64,000 nucleotides of DNA from an uncultured bacterium. Lineage in GTDB: Bacteria > Bacillota_I > Bacilli_A > RF39 > UBA660. A program made the position numbers and the translations under genes. Each line of letters opens with the position of its first letter. Position 1 is the stretch's first letter. Below are positions 1 to 8,999 of the stretch, piece by piece. The stretch spans positions 4,273-68,272 of the forward strand of contig CAMVPB010000001.1 in the NCBI GenBank assembly GCA_947169285.1, in the 5' to 3' direction. Under the pieces are notes generated by a model. It was not told the origin of the DNA and searched no databases. It saw only the letters and a program-made list of their open reading frames with translations.

Positions 1-33
1 ATTTTAATTTTGTCAAGATTTCTAAAATAATTG

Positions 34-42
34 TGATATAAT
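34..42 (+). promoter_or_regulatory. extended -10 element (TGaTATAAT) upstream of the first ORF
   Basis: tgatataat at 34-42, AAAGGAGA RBS at 53-60, ATG at 68. The only TTGTCA (10-15) lies 21 nt away, so there is no well-spaced -35. Confidence 0.35.
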
Positions 43-67
43 ACTTATTACGAAAGGAGAAACAAAT

Positions 68-433
68 ATGGATTGGAAATTACAATTAGGTATTTCTATA
101 ATTGTTCCTATTGTGAGTTCTTTATTAACTTATTTAGCTGCAGTAAAAAAATCAAAGAATGATGTTGAAGCTGTTAAAATATCTGCTGAAACAGAAATTA
201 AGAAAATTAAAGAGGAATCTGATAAAGAAATAAAAAGAATACAAAAAGAAACAGATGAACAAATCAGATTAAAAATAGCCGAAAATAGTTTAGCGTCAAA
301 AACAAATGAAGAACAATTAAAAAATGTAGCAACATCTCAATTTTTAGAAGAGTTTATAAAAAATCCTAAAAAATCTGCTGAAGTGTTAAAAGCAATGCAA
401 GATGTTGCAAAAATGTTTCCAAGTAATAAGTAA
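68..433 (+). CDS. hypothetical protein: N-terminal TM helix plus K/E-rich coiled-coil
   Basis: ORF preceded by a good RBS. Hydrophobic N-terminus (LGISIIVPIVSSLLTYLAAV) followed by charged heptad-like sequence. No family recognised. Confidence 0.5.
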   Translation: MDWKLQLGISIIVPIVSSLLTYLAAVKKSKNDVEAVKISAETEIKKIKEESDKEIKRIQKETDEQIRLKIAENSLASKTNEEQLKNVATSQFLEEFIKNPKKSAEVLKAMQDVAKMFPSNK

Positions 434-448
434 TTACAAAATAACAAG

Positions 449-739
449 TTATTTTAATGACTTGTTTTTTAAATAGTCTTCTAAATCTGATAATTTTAAT
501 TTATTAGATAAATTCTCAATAAATATCTCATTAGAATAATTAAAAGCAAGAAATGTTATATCATTAATTATTATTCTATGAGGTTCAACATAAGTAATGT
601 TAGTCTTGTCAATTTTTCTTATACTACCATTTATTATTTTTAAAGTAGTATTTGAAAACTCACATATTAGTTCTAACTTCTTCTTTAATGATTCTTCAAT
701 AACAACTTCTTGCTTAATAATGTTTACCATAAATACCAT
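449..739 (-). CDS. hypothetical protein
   Basis: 96-aa ORF convergent with the previous gene. No recognisable motif. Confidence 0.4.
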   Translation of the reverse strand: MVFMVNIIKQEVVIEESLKKKLELICEFSNTTLKIINGSIRKIDKTNITYVEPHRIIINDITFLAFNYSNEIFIENLSNKLKLSDLEDYLKNKSLK

Positions 740-830
740 CCTTTCTTTAGGATAGTTTTTAACAACAAAAAACTAATCCATTTCTGAATTAGTTGTATTT
801 AAACTCGAAAAGTTCGAGCGGATTTCCTTA

Positions 831-905
831 TGGAGCAAGTAGTGGGAATCGGACCCGCATCTCAGCCTTGGCAAGGCCGCATAATAACCATTATACTATA
901 CCTGC
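831..905 (-). tRNA. tRNA-Gly (anticodon GCC)
   Basis: Reverse complement reads GCAGGTATAGTATAATGG...CCTTGCCAAGG...GGTCCGATTCCC...TACTTGCTCCA. It has a 7-bp acceptor stem, anticodon loop TTGCCAA, T-loop and encoded CCA. Confidence 0.9.
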
Positions 906-953
906 ATTCAGTAAATATATAATATTATATTTACTTTAAAATTGCAAGTATTT

Positions 954-1799
954 TTATTCACTTTTAAATACTTTTAATGTTAATAATAAACCTAATATAA
1001 ACAAAATTATAGATATTATAATTTGAATTACATTTGTTTTATAACTAAATAAGCTTATAAATATTTCTATTATTGACGCAACTAAGAAACCTATAATTGC
1101 ATAATAAGTTTTTATTTCATGCTTTTTAAAAAGAAATTCAATTATTTTAGCAATTACTACTACTCCTATTACTACACCTATTCCAAAAGGAATTAGTATT
1201 ATTAAATTATTAGTTATATTATTAAATTTTATTAAATCTGATATTACTTTTAGTATTGGTTCATAGTAACCTAATATCATTAACATAAACGATCCACTTA
1301 TTCCAGGTACTACAAGTGTAGCTGCAGCTACTACTCCTATTAATACCAATTTAATTGACTGAATTAAATTAAATCCATTACTGAATATTACATCATTAGT
1401 CCCTTTAAATAAATAAACACCTAACACAATGGAAATTCCTAACAAAAAGAAAAATATATTAGATATCTTCAAAGTATTTCTTAAATCCACTTTTTTTATT
1501 AGTGACGGAATACTACCTATTAAAAGTCCAATAAAGAACAATATTGTTGGAATTGGGGCATGCTCAAATGTATAATTAAGTATCAATGCTCCTAATATTA
1601 ATGATGCAAGCACGCCTAAACCTAAATTTATAATAAATAATAAATTGTTCTTAAAATCTTTAAAAAAATGAGATATTGTGTTAATAATTTTTTCATATAA
1701 CCCTAATGAAATTGCAAGAGTTCCACCAGAAACACCTGGTATTATCATTGCTGAACCTAATATCATTCCTTTTAAAAATATAATTATTTTTTCTTTCAT
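954..1799 (-). CDS. DUF368-family membrane protein (family implicated in undecaprenyl-phosphate recycling, PopT-like)
   Basis: Polytopic membrane protein with the duplicated PG(V/I)SG(G/S) motifs (IIPGVSGGTLA and VVPGISGSFML) typical of DUF368. Its start overlaps the stop of the patatin gene. Confidence 0.7.
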   Translation of the reverse strand: MKEKIIIFLKGMILGSAMIIPGVSGGTLAISLGLYEKIINTISHFFKDFKNNLLFIINLGLGVLASLILGALILNYTFEHAPIPTILFFIGLLIGSIPSLIKKVDLRNTLKISNIFFFLLGISIVLGVYLFKGTNDVIFSNGFNLIQSIKLVLIGVVAAATLVVPGISGSFMLMILGYYEPILKVISDLIKFNNITNNLIILIPFGIGVVIGVVVIAKIIEFLFKKHEIKTYYAIIGFLVASIIEIFISLFSYKTNVIQIIISIILFILGLLLTLKVFKSE

Positions 1800-2839
1800 T
1801 AAAATTTCACCTTCAATTCTTTAATAAAATCTTTATATGGAGATTTTTTAAATTTGCTTAATATCTTTATTTTTATAATTAAAGTTGGAATATTATAAAC
1901 CTTAAATTTATCTATTTTATAAAATTTGCATATGTTTTCTAATGTATTAATAATTATTCTTTTATTATTAATTGTTAACCACTTATTATATTTTTTTAAT
2001 ATATTTTTATTAGTCAATATCTTATCATAATATTCTTCACTTTTATGTTTAAAATAGTATTCATTACCATCTAAATTATCAAGCACTTTTAATGTATCAA
2101 AATATCCTAATTTAATATTATAGTCTGTTATATCTTTACTAAAAGTTATAATTGATCCAAGTTTTTTATATGATTTTATTTCATATATTTTAGTTTTTGT
2201 TTTATATTTTGCTAATTTATCCCTGTGTGCCCTTACTACATAAATATTATCAAGCTTTTTATTAATTAACATATCAAGTGGACATTTATCATAAGCGCCC
2301 CCATCTAAATAATAATTTTCATCTATTATTTTTTTAAATTTAAATATTGGTAAATATGAACTGGCAAGTAAATACTCTATTAATTTACCTTTAGGTATAT
2401 CATTTTTAAACACTTGAATTTTTTTTGCTTTTGAAATATTGTATGTAGCAAGTCCATATTCAATATTACTTTTTCTAAGTTTATCTTCATCTATATTTTC
2501 TATTAACATATTTTTTAAATTAGTCGTATCTATACCTGCATTTTTTATAACTTGATAAATAGTTTGTAAGCCTTTTTTTATATTTTCTTTTGTTAAATTC
2601 TTATTTTTAAATGCATTAAATATGTTTTCATCTATTCCAAAAAGTTCTTTAGAACTAGCACTTCTCCATAAAGCTTCTAATTTGTCTAATTCATTTGTTA
2701 CTACAAAAACTCCATTTATAGAACCAATAGAAGTACCTACTACATAATCAAATTTTATATTTCTTTCTTTAAATGCTTTTAAAGCACCCACATGGTAAGA
2801 GCCTCTCGCTCCCCCGCCTTCTAATACAAGACCATTCAT
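1799..2839 (-). CDS. patatin-like phospholipase
   Basis: N-terminal GGGARG oxyanion motif, GTSIGS (GxSxG) nucleophile motif and a DGG(A) Asp motif. Confidence 0.85.
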   Translation of the reverse strand: MNGLVLEGGGARGSYHVGALKAFKERNIKFDYVVGTSIGSINGVFVVTNELDKLEALWRSASSKELFGIDENIFNAFKNKNLTKENIKKGLQTIYQVIKNAGIDTTNLKNMLIENIDEDKLRKSNIEYGLATYNISKAKKIQVFKNDIPKGKLIEYLLASSYLPIFKFKKIIDENYYLDGGAYDKCPLDMLINKKLDNIYVVRAHRDKLAKYKTKTKIYEIKSYKKLGSIITFSKDITDYNIKLGYFDTLKVLDNLDGNEYYFKHKSEEYYDKILTNKNILKKYNKWLTINNKRIIINTLENICKFYKIDKFKVYNIPTLIIKIKILSKFKKSPYKDFIKELKVKF

Positions 2840-2903
2840 AAAAGATTCTCCTTTAAAATTTTTTATATTTTTAAAAATTTAACAATTCTAAACATTTAAA
2901 AGT

Positions 2904-4544
2904 TTATTTATTTTTTTTCAAAACTTTGTTTTTTATTCCAATAACTTTATTGTAATACTCTTCTCCGAATATAGAGCTAAACCCATTGTTTTTAAATAAC
3001 ATTATTAAATATATAGAACCTCCTATTATTGCATATAAAAGTAATACTAAAAATAATTTTATTCTAGATAAGCCTTCTAATGAAATAAAATGATTCAATA
3101 AAAATACTGGTATAGACATGCATAAAATTGGTAATATTAATTTCTTAATATTGTTAAACAATGGCCTAAAATCAATCTTTTCTTCTTTTGCTACACAACC
3201 TATTGAAATAGAAAGAGATATTATAAATCCTATTATGGTTGCAAATATTGCTCCATAAAATGGATAGATTCCTATTTTTGCACATAAATACATCAAAGGA
3301 ATATCAAGCGCTGCATTTGATGCAAAACCTGCTATTGTACACAAATATATTATTTTAAATTTATTTAATCCTTGAAGTGCTACATCTATTACTATATCAA
3401 GACTTGAGAAAAATGAAGTAAATACTAATATTCTCAAAATAATTCCGCCATACTCACTTGAACCATAGAACAATGTATAAACGCCTGTTGACAAAATAGA
3501 TATACCTATTGCAAGTGGCAATGTCACACCAAATATAACACTTAAAGCTTGATTAAACTTGCTATTTATTTCTTCTTTATCTTTTAATGCTCTACTTGCG
3601 GTCATATATGGCATAAGACTTATGCTTATTCCAGTAGCAATTGCATTTATTATAATACATATTTTTATTCCCCACGTAGAAATAATACTAGCAATTATCT
3701 CTGAATTCATTGTTGAATATCCCAAATGAGATAATCCTCTTATTACTAATGATTGATCTGTAATACTATAAATGTTAACACTTACTGAAACAATTATAAT
3801 TGGGATACAATATCTTATAATTTTTTTTATTATTTCTCTATTAGAAGCAATTTTTTTGCTCTTGGATTTTAATAAAAATTTATCCTTATTCTTATCTTTT
3901 TTAACTTTTAAAAACAAATATGCTCCTAGTGCTCCAAAGAAAGCACCAGATACAGCAACAGCAACCCCAGTAGTTACTGATGTGTTAAATATATTTATAG
4001 CTATATAAGAACCCATTAATATAACTGAAATTCTTATAATTTGCTCAATTATTTGAGACTTACTACTATCTTCTATATATTTATGCCCTTGTAAATATCC
4101 TCTTGTTAAACTTAAAAATGGAACTATTAATAAACAAAATGAGACGCTCTTTAATACAAGAGAAATATCATTTATATTATTACCGCCTTGTAATTTTCCA
4201 ATAAATATATATGCAAATTCTTTTGAAAAAACAAACAATATAAAGAATGAGATTATAGATAACATGAATATTATTTTTTTACCTAATTTATATGTTTTTT
4301 CTTTGCTCTCATACTCTTCTAACGCTGTATATTCACTTATTATTTTACTAATTGCAATAGGTATTCCAGAAGTAGAAATATTTAAAAGCAAACTATAAAC
4401 ATTGTATGCATAAGAGTATAATGTTCCACCTTCTTTTCCAATTATTGAATAAAAAGGAATAACATATAATGCGCCTAAAATTTTAACTATTATTATAGAA
4501 ATTGATGCAATTATTGTTCCCTCAACAAATGAATTTTTTTTCAT
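2904..4544 (-). CDS. MOP-superfamily flippase, MurJ(YtgP)/SpoVB-like
   Basis: 546 aa with about 14 TM segments. The N-terminus (GTIIASISIIIVKILGALYVIPF...GGTLYSYAYNVYSLLLNISTSGIPIAISKIISEY) resembles Bacillus YtgP/SpoVB. Confidence 0.75.
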   Translation of the reverse strand: MKKNSFVEGTIIASISIIIVKILGALYVIPFYSIIGKEGGTLYSYAYNVYSLLLNISTSGIPIAISKIISEYTALEEYESKEKTYKLGKKIIFMLSIISFFILFVFSKEFAYIFIGKLQGGNNINDISLVLKSVSFCLLIVPFLSLTRGYLQGHKYIEDSSKSQIIEQIIRISVILMGSYIAINIFNTSVTTGVAVAVSGAFFGALGAYLFLKVKKDKNKDKFLLKSKSKKIASNREIIKKIIRYCIPIIIVSVSVNIYSITDQSLVIRGLSHLGYSTMNSEIIASIISTWGIKICIIINAIATGISISLMPYMTASRALKDKEEINSKFNQALSVIFGVTLPLAIGISILSTGVYTLFYGSSEYGGIILRILVFTSFFSSLDIVIDVALQGLNKFKIIYLCTIAGFASNAALDIPLMYLCAKIGIYPFYGAIFATIIGFIISLSISIGCVAKEEKIDFRPLFNNIKKLILPILCMSIPVFLLNHFISLEGLSRIKLFLVLLLYAIIGGSIYLIMLFKNNGFSSIFGEEYYNKVIGIKNKVLKKNK

Positions 4545-4556
4545 ATCTACTCCTTT

Positions 4557-5249
4557 TTAAAAATTTAAATTTTCATATTCTTTTAACCTAGTATCATATG
4601 CTTTAATAATGCTGTTTTCAAATTTTAATTCATCTTTTAGTCCTAAAAGTTTAAGTATTTTTTTAGTAAAATATGGATTTTGAATTAAAATTGGTCCTAA
4701 AATTGTTGTTGCCATAAAATTGTTTTTTCTAATACCTTCATTAGATGTACTTTTATCATTACCCATACCTTTTATAGTCTTGAATAATGGCTCTTCATTA
4801 ATATTATAAAAATAACTAAATTGACTTTTAAAACCAACTATTTTAGTATTTTCATATTCTCCTAAATATAATTCATGATACCTATTTTCATAATCATATT
4901 TTGTATAAAAATTAAATATATTTAAACCTTCTATTTCTTTACCATTTCTATATATTGATTCCCCAAATATTTCTATAGCATTACCAGTAACTAAGAATAT
5001 TACCCCTTTTTCTATTAAAGATCTAATTTTGTCTTTATATGGTAATAATTTTTTAATAACAATTTCTTCTGTTCTTTCTGTCATTGAGCCTATATAAATC
5101 ATTTTAATATCCTCTTTTAAGAAAGCAGGAGTATTATTTAAATCAGTATTTATTATCTTTAATGAATTTGAACACATTGATAAATACTTAATATTAAAAC
5201 TATCTCCGTATAAGCCACAAACACTATCATATAAAACTTCTATTTTCAT
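4557..5249 (-). CDS. GatD/CobQ-type glutamine amidotransferase-like protein, apparently catalytically dead
   Basis: Size, position (4-nt overlap with the MurT-like gene) and colinear blocks (LYGD.., IYIGS, EGLNIFNF, IVGF, GPIL) match GatD. The nucleophile-elbow Cys is replaced (LVTGNAIEIFG) and HGP reads LGP. The only Cys residues are at positions 11 and 26. Confidence 0.65.
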   Translation of the reverse strand: MKIEVLYDSVCGLYGDSFNIKYLSMCSNSLKIINTDLNNTPAFLKEDIKMIYIGSMTERTEEIVIKKLLPYKDKIRSLIEKGVIFLVTGNAIEIFGESIYRNGKEIEGLNIFNFYTKYDYENRYHELYLGEYENTKIVGFKSQFSYFYNINEEPLFKTIKGMGNDKSTSNEGIRKNNFMATTILGPILIQNPYFTKKILKLLGLKDELKFENSIIKAYDTRLKEYENLNF

Positions 5250-7612
5250 TTTAATTCACCCATATTCTTTTTAATAATTTTTATCATTTCTTTTGATAAG
5301 TCATATGCAAATATGTCATGAACCAAATAAATCTCTTCTATATTCTTATAATCAATATAATTTGGTACTCTAAGTTCATCTTCTACTATAATTATTTTAT
5401 TTTTATCAATGCCTGCAATTAACATTCTAAGCAAGTAATCATTAGATCTTTTACCGCCAATTATAATTTTATTAATGTATTTAGAATTTAAATATTCAAA
5501 ATCAACATCATATATCCAAGAAACTATTTCACAAGAAGATTTTCTATCATTTACATCATCTAAAACAATTATTACATCTTTTTTCTTAATATCTTTTGAA
5601 ACCACATTTAAAGCTCCTGTTACTGCAATTGGATTTTGCCCTTTTGCCATAACACTTATTAATTCCAAATTATTGATTTTTTCGGTATAAAATCTGCTGT
5701 TAAGTAACAAAATATTTTTAAATGTATTATTAATATCTTTTTCAGTATATCCCATTTCTTGAAGTAATGAAATAGCACCTAAAGCATTATACATATTAGG
5801 AATATTTACATAAGTAAAATTATACATTTTTTTATTTAATATAAAATAATTTTCTTTAAAATTAATCTTTGTTATTTCATATTTGCATCTTGGTCTTTTA
5901 TATCCACATTTAATACAATTATATTTGCCTATGTGATGATATTTGTAATATTCATAGGTTAACTTTTCACCACATTTTGGACACAATACAACATCGTTTA
6001 CAATATTAATATTTTTTAAATTATCTGTTATTAATTTTTGCATGCCAAAATACACAGTATTATTATTTGATAATGTTACACATAAAGGATCATCAGCATT
6101 TATTATTAGTTTTGATTCTTTAGGAATTGCATTTAACAATTTATCTCTTATAAAATCAGGATTAGCATTATTTTTAATAGAATCTCTAAATAAATTATTT
6201 ATTATTATATAATCTGGTGTAATATTTTTAAATATTTTTTTAGATGTTAATTCATCCGTTTCTATTACAGCTATATCAGATTTTTGTTTATTAAATATTG
6301 AAACGGAATCAATTAAAAATGCAGTTACACCTAATGGGGTATTAAAGCCATTATTGTTGATAACTTTTTTATTATTCTTTTTGAAAAAATCAATTAGCAT
6401 TCCACATGTTGTGGATTTACCATTTGTTCCAGTTACTGAAATTATTTTTTCTGGTTTATTTAAATAGAAATTAAAATTTGGGCATATTCGAAGAGCTACA
6501 TCGCCAGCAACATAAGGAACTCTCTTCTTAATAATTTTAAGAAATATCTTAACAAGTTTACTTATCCATAAAGCTATAAAAAAGAAAAATTTATTATTTC
6601 TTTTAATTCTATTAGGATATATTATACTATCAAATAATATTTTCTTACCACACCCGTTTTCATCTAAATGTATTTTAGATTGATATAAATCATAGCCAGG
6701 TAAATTATTTCCTTCAATTAAAACTGGACCTTTATCAGTTATTGCAATATCCCACCCCACGTATCCGATTTCAGGGATAACTTCTGATGCTTTTTTTACA
6801 AAATTAATTATTTCTTCAAAATTATATATTCTAAAATTAATAACTGATTCTTTTGTTTCAGGATGAATGTAATATATGTTTCCATCCCTATCAATTGCCG
6901 GTTTACTTACTATTCCACACTCATCTAAAGTTGTATACATTCCGTCTTTATGAAAGTTATCTACTATGTTTCCTTTATTTCCAATTCTAAGTATTCTAGC
7001 AACAATGTGAGTATCACCATTAACTCTTAAAGTAACTATTCTAAGTGTATTAACAGAATGTGGATATAATTTAGATAAATAATCCTTTTGTATAACGCAT
7101 TCTTCTAATAAAAATTGTTTATTATTTTTTAAATTATCATATATTTCTTTTTCGTCCTTATTTATTGATACTTTTTTAACACCTACTCCACCAGTTCCAT
7201 TAAGTGGTTTAGCAATAAAAGTTTTATGTTTGTTCACAAATTTTTTAAATTCTTTAAAATCACATTTGTTTAAATTTAAATAATCTCTTTTAATAAAATC
7301 TCTAAATTTTTCATTAAATAAATCTTTATTATCAAAATACTTATAATACTTTCTATTATTTAATTTCTTTATATACTCATTATTTATACTTCTGGTTATA
7401 AACGTTTTTCTTTTTTTTCTTGAAACATTTTCAAAATTAAATAAATAGTAATCTACATATCCAGAGCCATAAAAAAATGAGCATAAAATTATATCAAAAA
7501 ATACTAATATTTTTAACTTATTACTTCTTTTACTTATTTTATCTAAAATTATAAAGAAATTTTTAAAATTTAAACCAAATAATCTTTTTATATAATATAT
7601 TATTTTATGCAT
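5246..7612 (-). CDS. fusion protein: N-terminal ATP-grasp (sugar-transfer-associated type) plus C-terminal MurT-like Mur ligase
   Basis: Residues about 1-335 carry ATP-grasp hallmarks (KPLNGTGGVGV, LLEECV, VLIEGNNLPG). Residues about 345-788 are colinear with MurT: P-loop SVTGTNGKSTT, four-Cys ribbon CPKCG..x..CIKCG, and the WIYDVDFE C-terminal block. Confidence 0.8.
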   Translation of the reverse strand: MHKIIYYIKRLFGLNFKNFFIILDKISKRSNKLKILVFFDIILCSFFYGSGYVDYYLFNFENVSRKKRKTFITRSINNEYIKKLNNRKYYKYFDNKDLFNEKFRDFIKRDYLNLNKCDFKEFKKFVNKHKTFIAKPLNGTGGVGVKKVSINKDEKEIYDNLKNNKQFLLEECVIQKDYLSKLYPHSVNTLRIVTLRVNGDTHIVARILRIGNKGNIVDNFHKDGMYTTLDECGIVSKPAIDRDGNIYYIHPETKESVINFRIYNFEEIINFVKKASEVIPEIGYVGWDIAITDKGPVLIEGNNLPGYDLYQSKIHLDENGCGKKILFDSIIYPNRIKRNNKFFFFIALWISKLVKIFLKIIKKRVPYVAGDVALRICPNFNFYLNKPEKIISVTGTNGKSTTCGMLIDFFKKNNKKVINNNGFNTPLGVTAFLIDSVSIFNKQKSDIAVIETDELTSKKIFKNITPDYIIINNLFRDSIKNNANPDFIRDKLLNAIPKESKLIINADDPLCVTLSNNNTVYFGMQKLITDNLKNINIVNDVVLCPKCGEKLTYEYYKYHHIGKYNCIKCGYKRPRCKYEITKINFKENYFILNKKMYNFTYVNIPNMYNALGAISLLQEMGYTEKDINNTFKNILLLNSRFYTEKINNLELISVMAKGQNPIAVTGALNVVSKDIKKKDVIIVLDDVNDRKSSCEIVSWIYDVDFEYLNSKYINKIIIGGKRSNDYLLRMLIAGIDKNKIIIVEDELRVPNYIDYKNIEEIYLVHDIFAYDLSKEMIKIIKKNMGELK

Positions 7613-7681
7613 AACATCCTCACATTAATATTATAATTCTTTTTAATCTTAAAGTCTATTGTTACAAAAGAAAAAAGGATA

Positions 7682-8434
7682 TTAAATCCTTTTAACTTTA
7701 TTTAAGGTAATACCACATATTTCGCTTGATAAAGCAAATATGAAATATATTGGTAAATAAAATAGAAATCCTATTTTTAAAAATACTAATACTGAAAGAA
7801 TAAATATTAAAGCTAATAAAATAGGTACAATATATGAAAATCCAAATTTAGTTCCATATATTAACCCTTCTATAATTAAAATAAATGGATTCATGAATAC
7901 TATCGCTAAAAACTCTATAGAATTATAATACTCAAAAGGTATAATTCTTGAAATAAACAAAACAAAATTAAATAAAAACAATTCAATTATTATAAATATA
8001 AATATATACATTTCTTTAGTTAATTTATTTCTTTTTTTTACATCTACTTTTTTATTTATAAAAAACCAAAAATTATTTATTTTTTCTTTTATATTAATTT
8101 TTTTTGATTTTTTTTGAGTGTTTTTTTTCTTTTTAAAAATATTATATATTTTTTTTATATATTTATTTTTGGTGTTTCTTATTTTTTTTGCTTGATTAAT
8201 ATTATTTTTTCTTTCTGTACTTTTAATCTTTATTTTATTCTTTTTTTTAAAAAAATTCAAAAACTTTTTAAAAATATTTTTATTTTGTCTTTTTGATTTA
8301 GCTTTTTTATTTTTTAAAGTTGTTTTATTTATCTTTTTATTCTTTATGCTAGAAGAATTTTTTTTGACTACTTTATTACTATTCTTAACACTTTTTTGCA
8401 CTTGTTTATTTGCTCTTTTTTTATTCTTATTCAT
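7682..8434 (-). CDS. membrane protein with a ~140-aa extremely K/N-rich polybasic N-terminal region
   Basis: Lys/Asn low-complexity N-terminal half followed by about four hydrophobic helices. The DNA carries many long A/T homopolymer runs. Confidence 0.45.
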   Translation of the reverse strand: MNKNKKRANKQVQKSVKNSNKVVKKNSSSIKNKKINKTTLKNKKAKSKRQNKNIFKKFLNFFKKKNKIKIKSTERKNNINQAKKIRNTKNKYIKKIYNIFKKKKNTQKKSKKINIKEKINNFWFFINKKVDVKKRNKLTKEMYIFIFIIIELFLFNFVLFISRIIPFEYYNSIEFLAIVFMNPFILIIEGLIYGTKFGFSYIVPILLALIFILSVLVFLKIGFLFYLPIYFIFALSSEICGITLNKVKRI

Positions 8435-8471
8435 AATATACCCCTTACTAAATCATATGCAACTTATAATC

Positions 8472-8493
8472 TAAAAAAGCTCTATTTGAGCTT
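8472..8493 (-). terminator. intrinsic terminator downstream of tRNA-Cys
   Basis: On the minus strand, AAGCTC-aaata-GAGCTT followed by a T run. Confidence 0.55.
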
Positions 8494-8503
8494 CATTTCT
8501 TAT

Positions 8504-8577
8504 TGGAGGACCTAGTCGGATTTGAACCAACGATCAGGGAGTTGCAGTCCCGTGCCTTACCACTTGGCTATAGGTCC
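8504..8577 (-). tRNA. tRNA-Cys (anticodon GCA)
   Basis: Reverse complement reads GGACCTATAGCCAAGTGGTAAGGC...GGGACTGCAACTCCC...GGTTCAAATCC...TAGGTCCTCCA. It forms a cloverleaf with anticodon loop CTGCAAC. Confidence 0.9.
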
Positions 8578-8632
8578 ATTTGCTAATATGTATTATAGCA
8601 AATAAAGGAATAAAAAACAACAAAATGTTGTT

Positions 8633-8959
8633 TTAAATTCCATTTTCTTTATAAAATATCATTTGTTGAGGTAACAAATATATTGTTTCATTTTGAGATA
8701 CTAAATCATTTTGAGATTTTCCAAATATTTTGCTAACTTCTTTTAAAGTATCATCATCTTTTGTTATATAGTATTGAACACCTTTTTTAGGTATTTTTAA
8801 AGTTTCATTAGGATAAATATAGTCATCTAATTTTAGGCCATTTAACTCTGCAATCAATTTAGGATTCATATTAAATTCTCTTGCAATTTTATAAAGAGTG
8901 TCTCCTGTTTTAATTACATAATAACTATAAAATGGAGTGTCTAAACTTTTTTCATTCAT
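8633..8959 (-). CDS. protein with two LysM domains
   Basis: Two LysM-like segments: YVIKTGDTLYKIAREFNMNPKLIAELNGL and YYITKDDDTLKEVSKIFGKSQNDLVSQN. Confidence 0.8.
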   Translation of the reverse strand: MNEKSLDTPFYSYYVIKTGDTLYKIAREFNMNPKLIAELNGLKLDDYIYPNETLKIPKKGVQYYITKDDDTLKEVSKIFGKSQNDLVSQNETIYLLPQQMIFYKENGI

Positions 8960-8999
8960 AATATCACCTAAAATATATTATGATTATTAAATAAAAATG

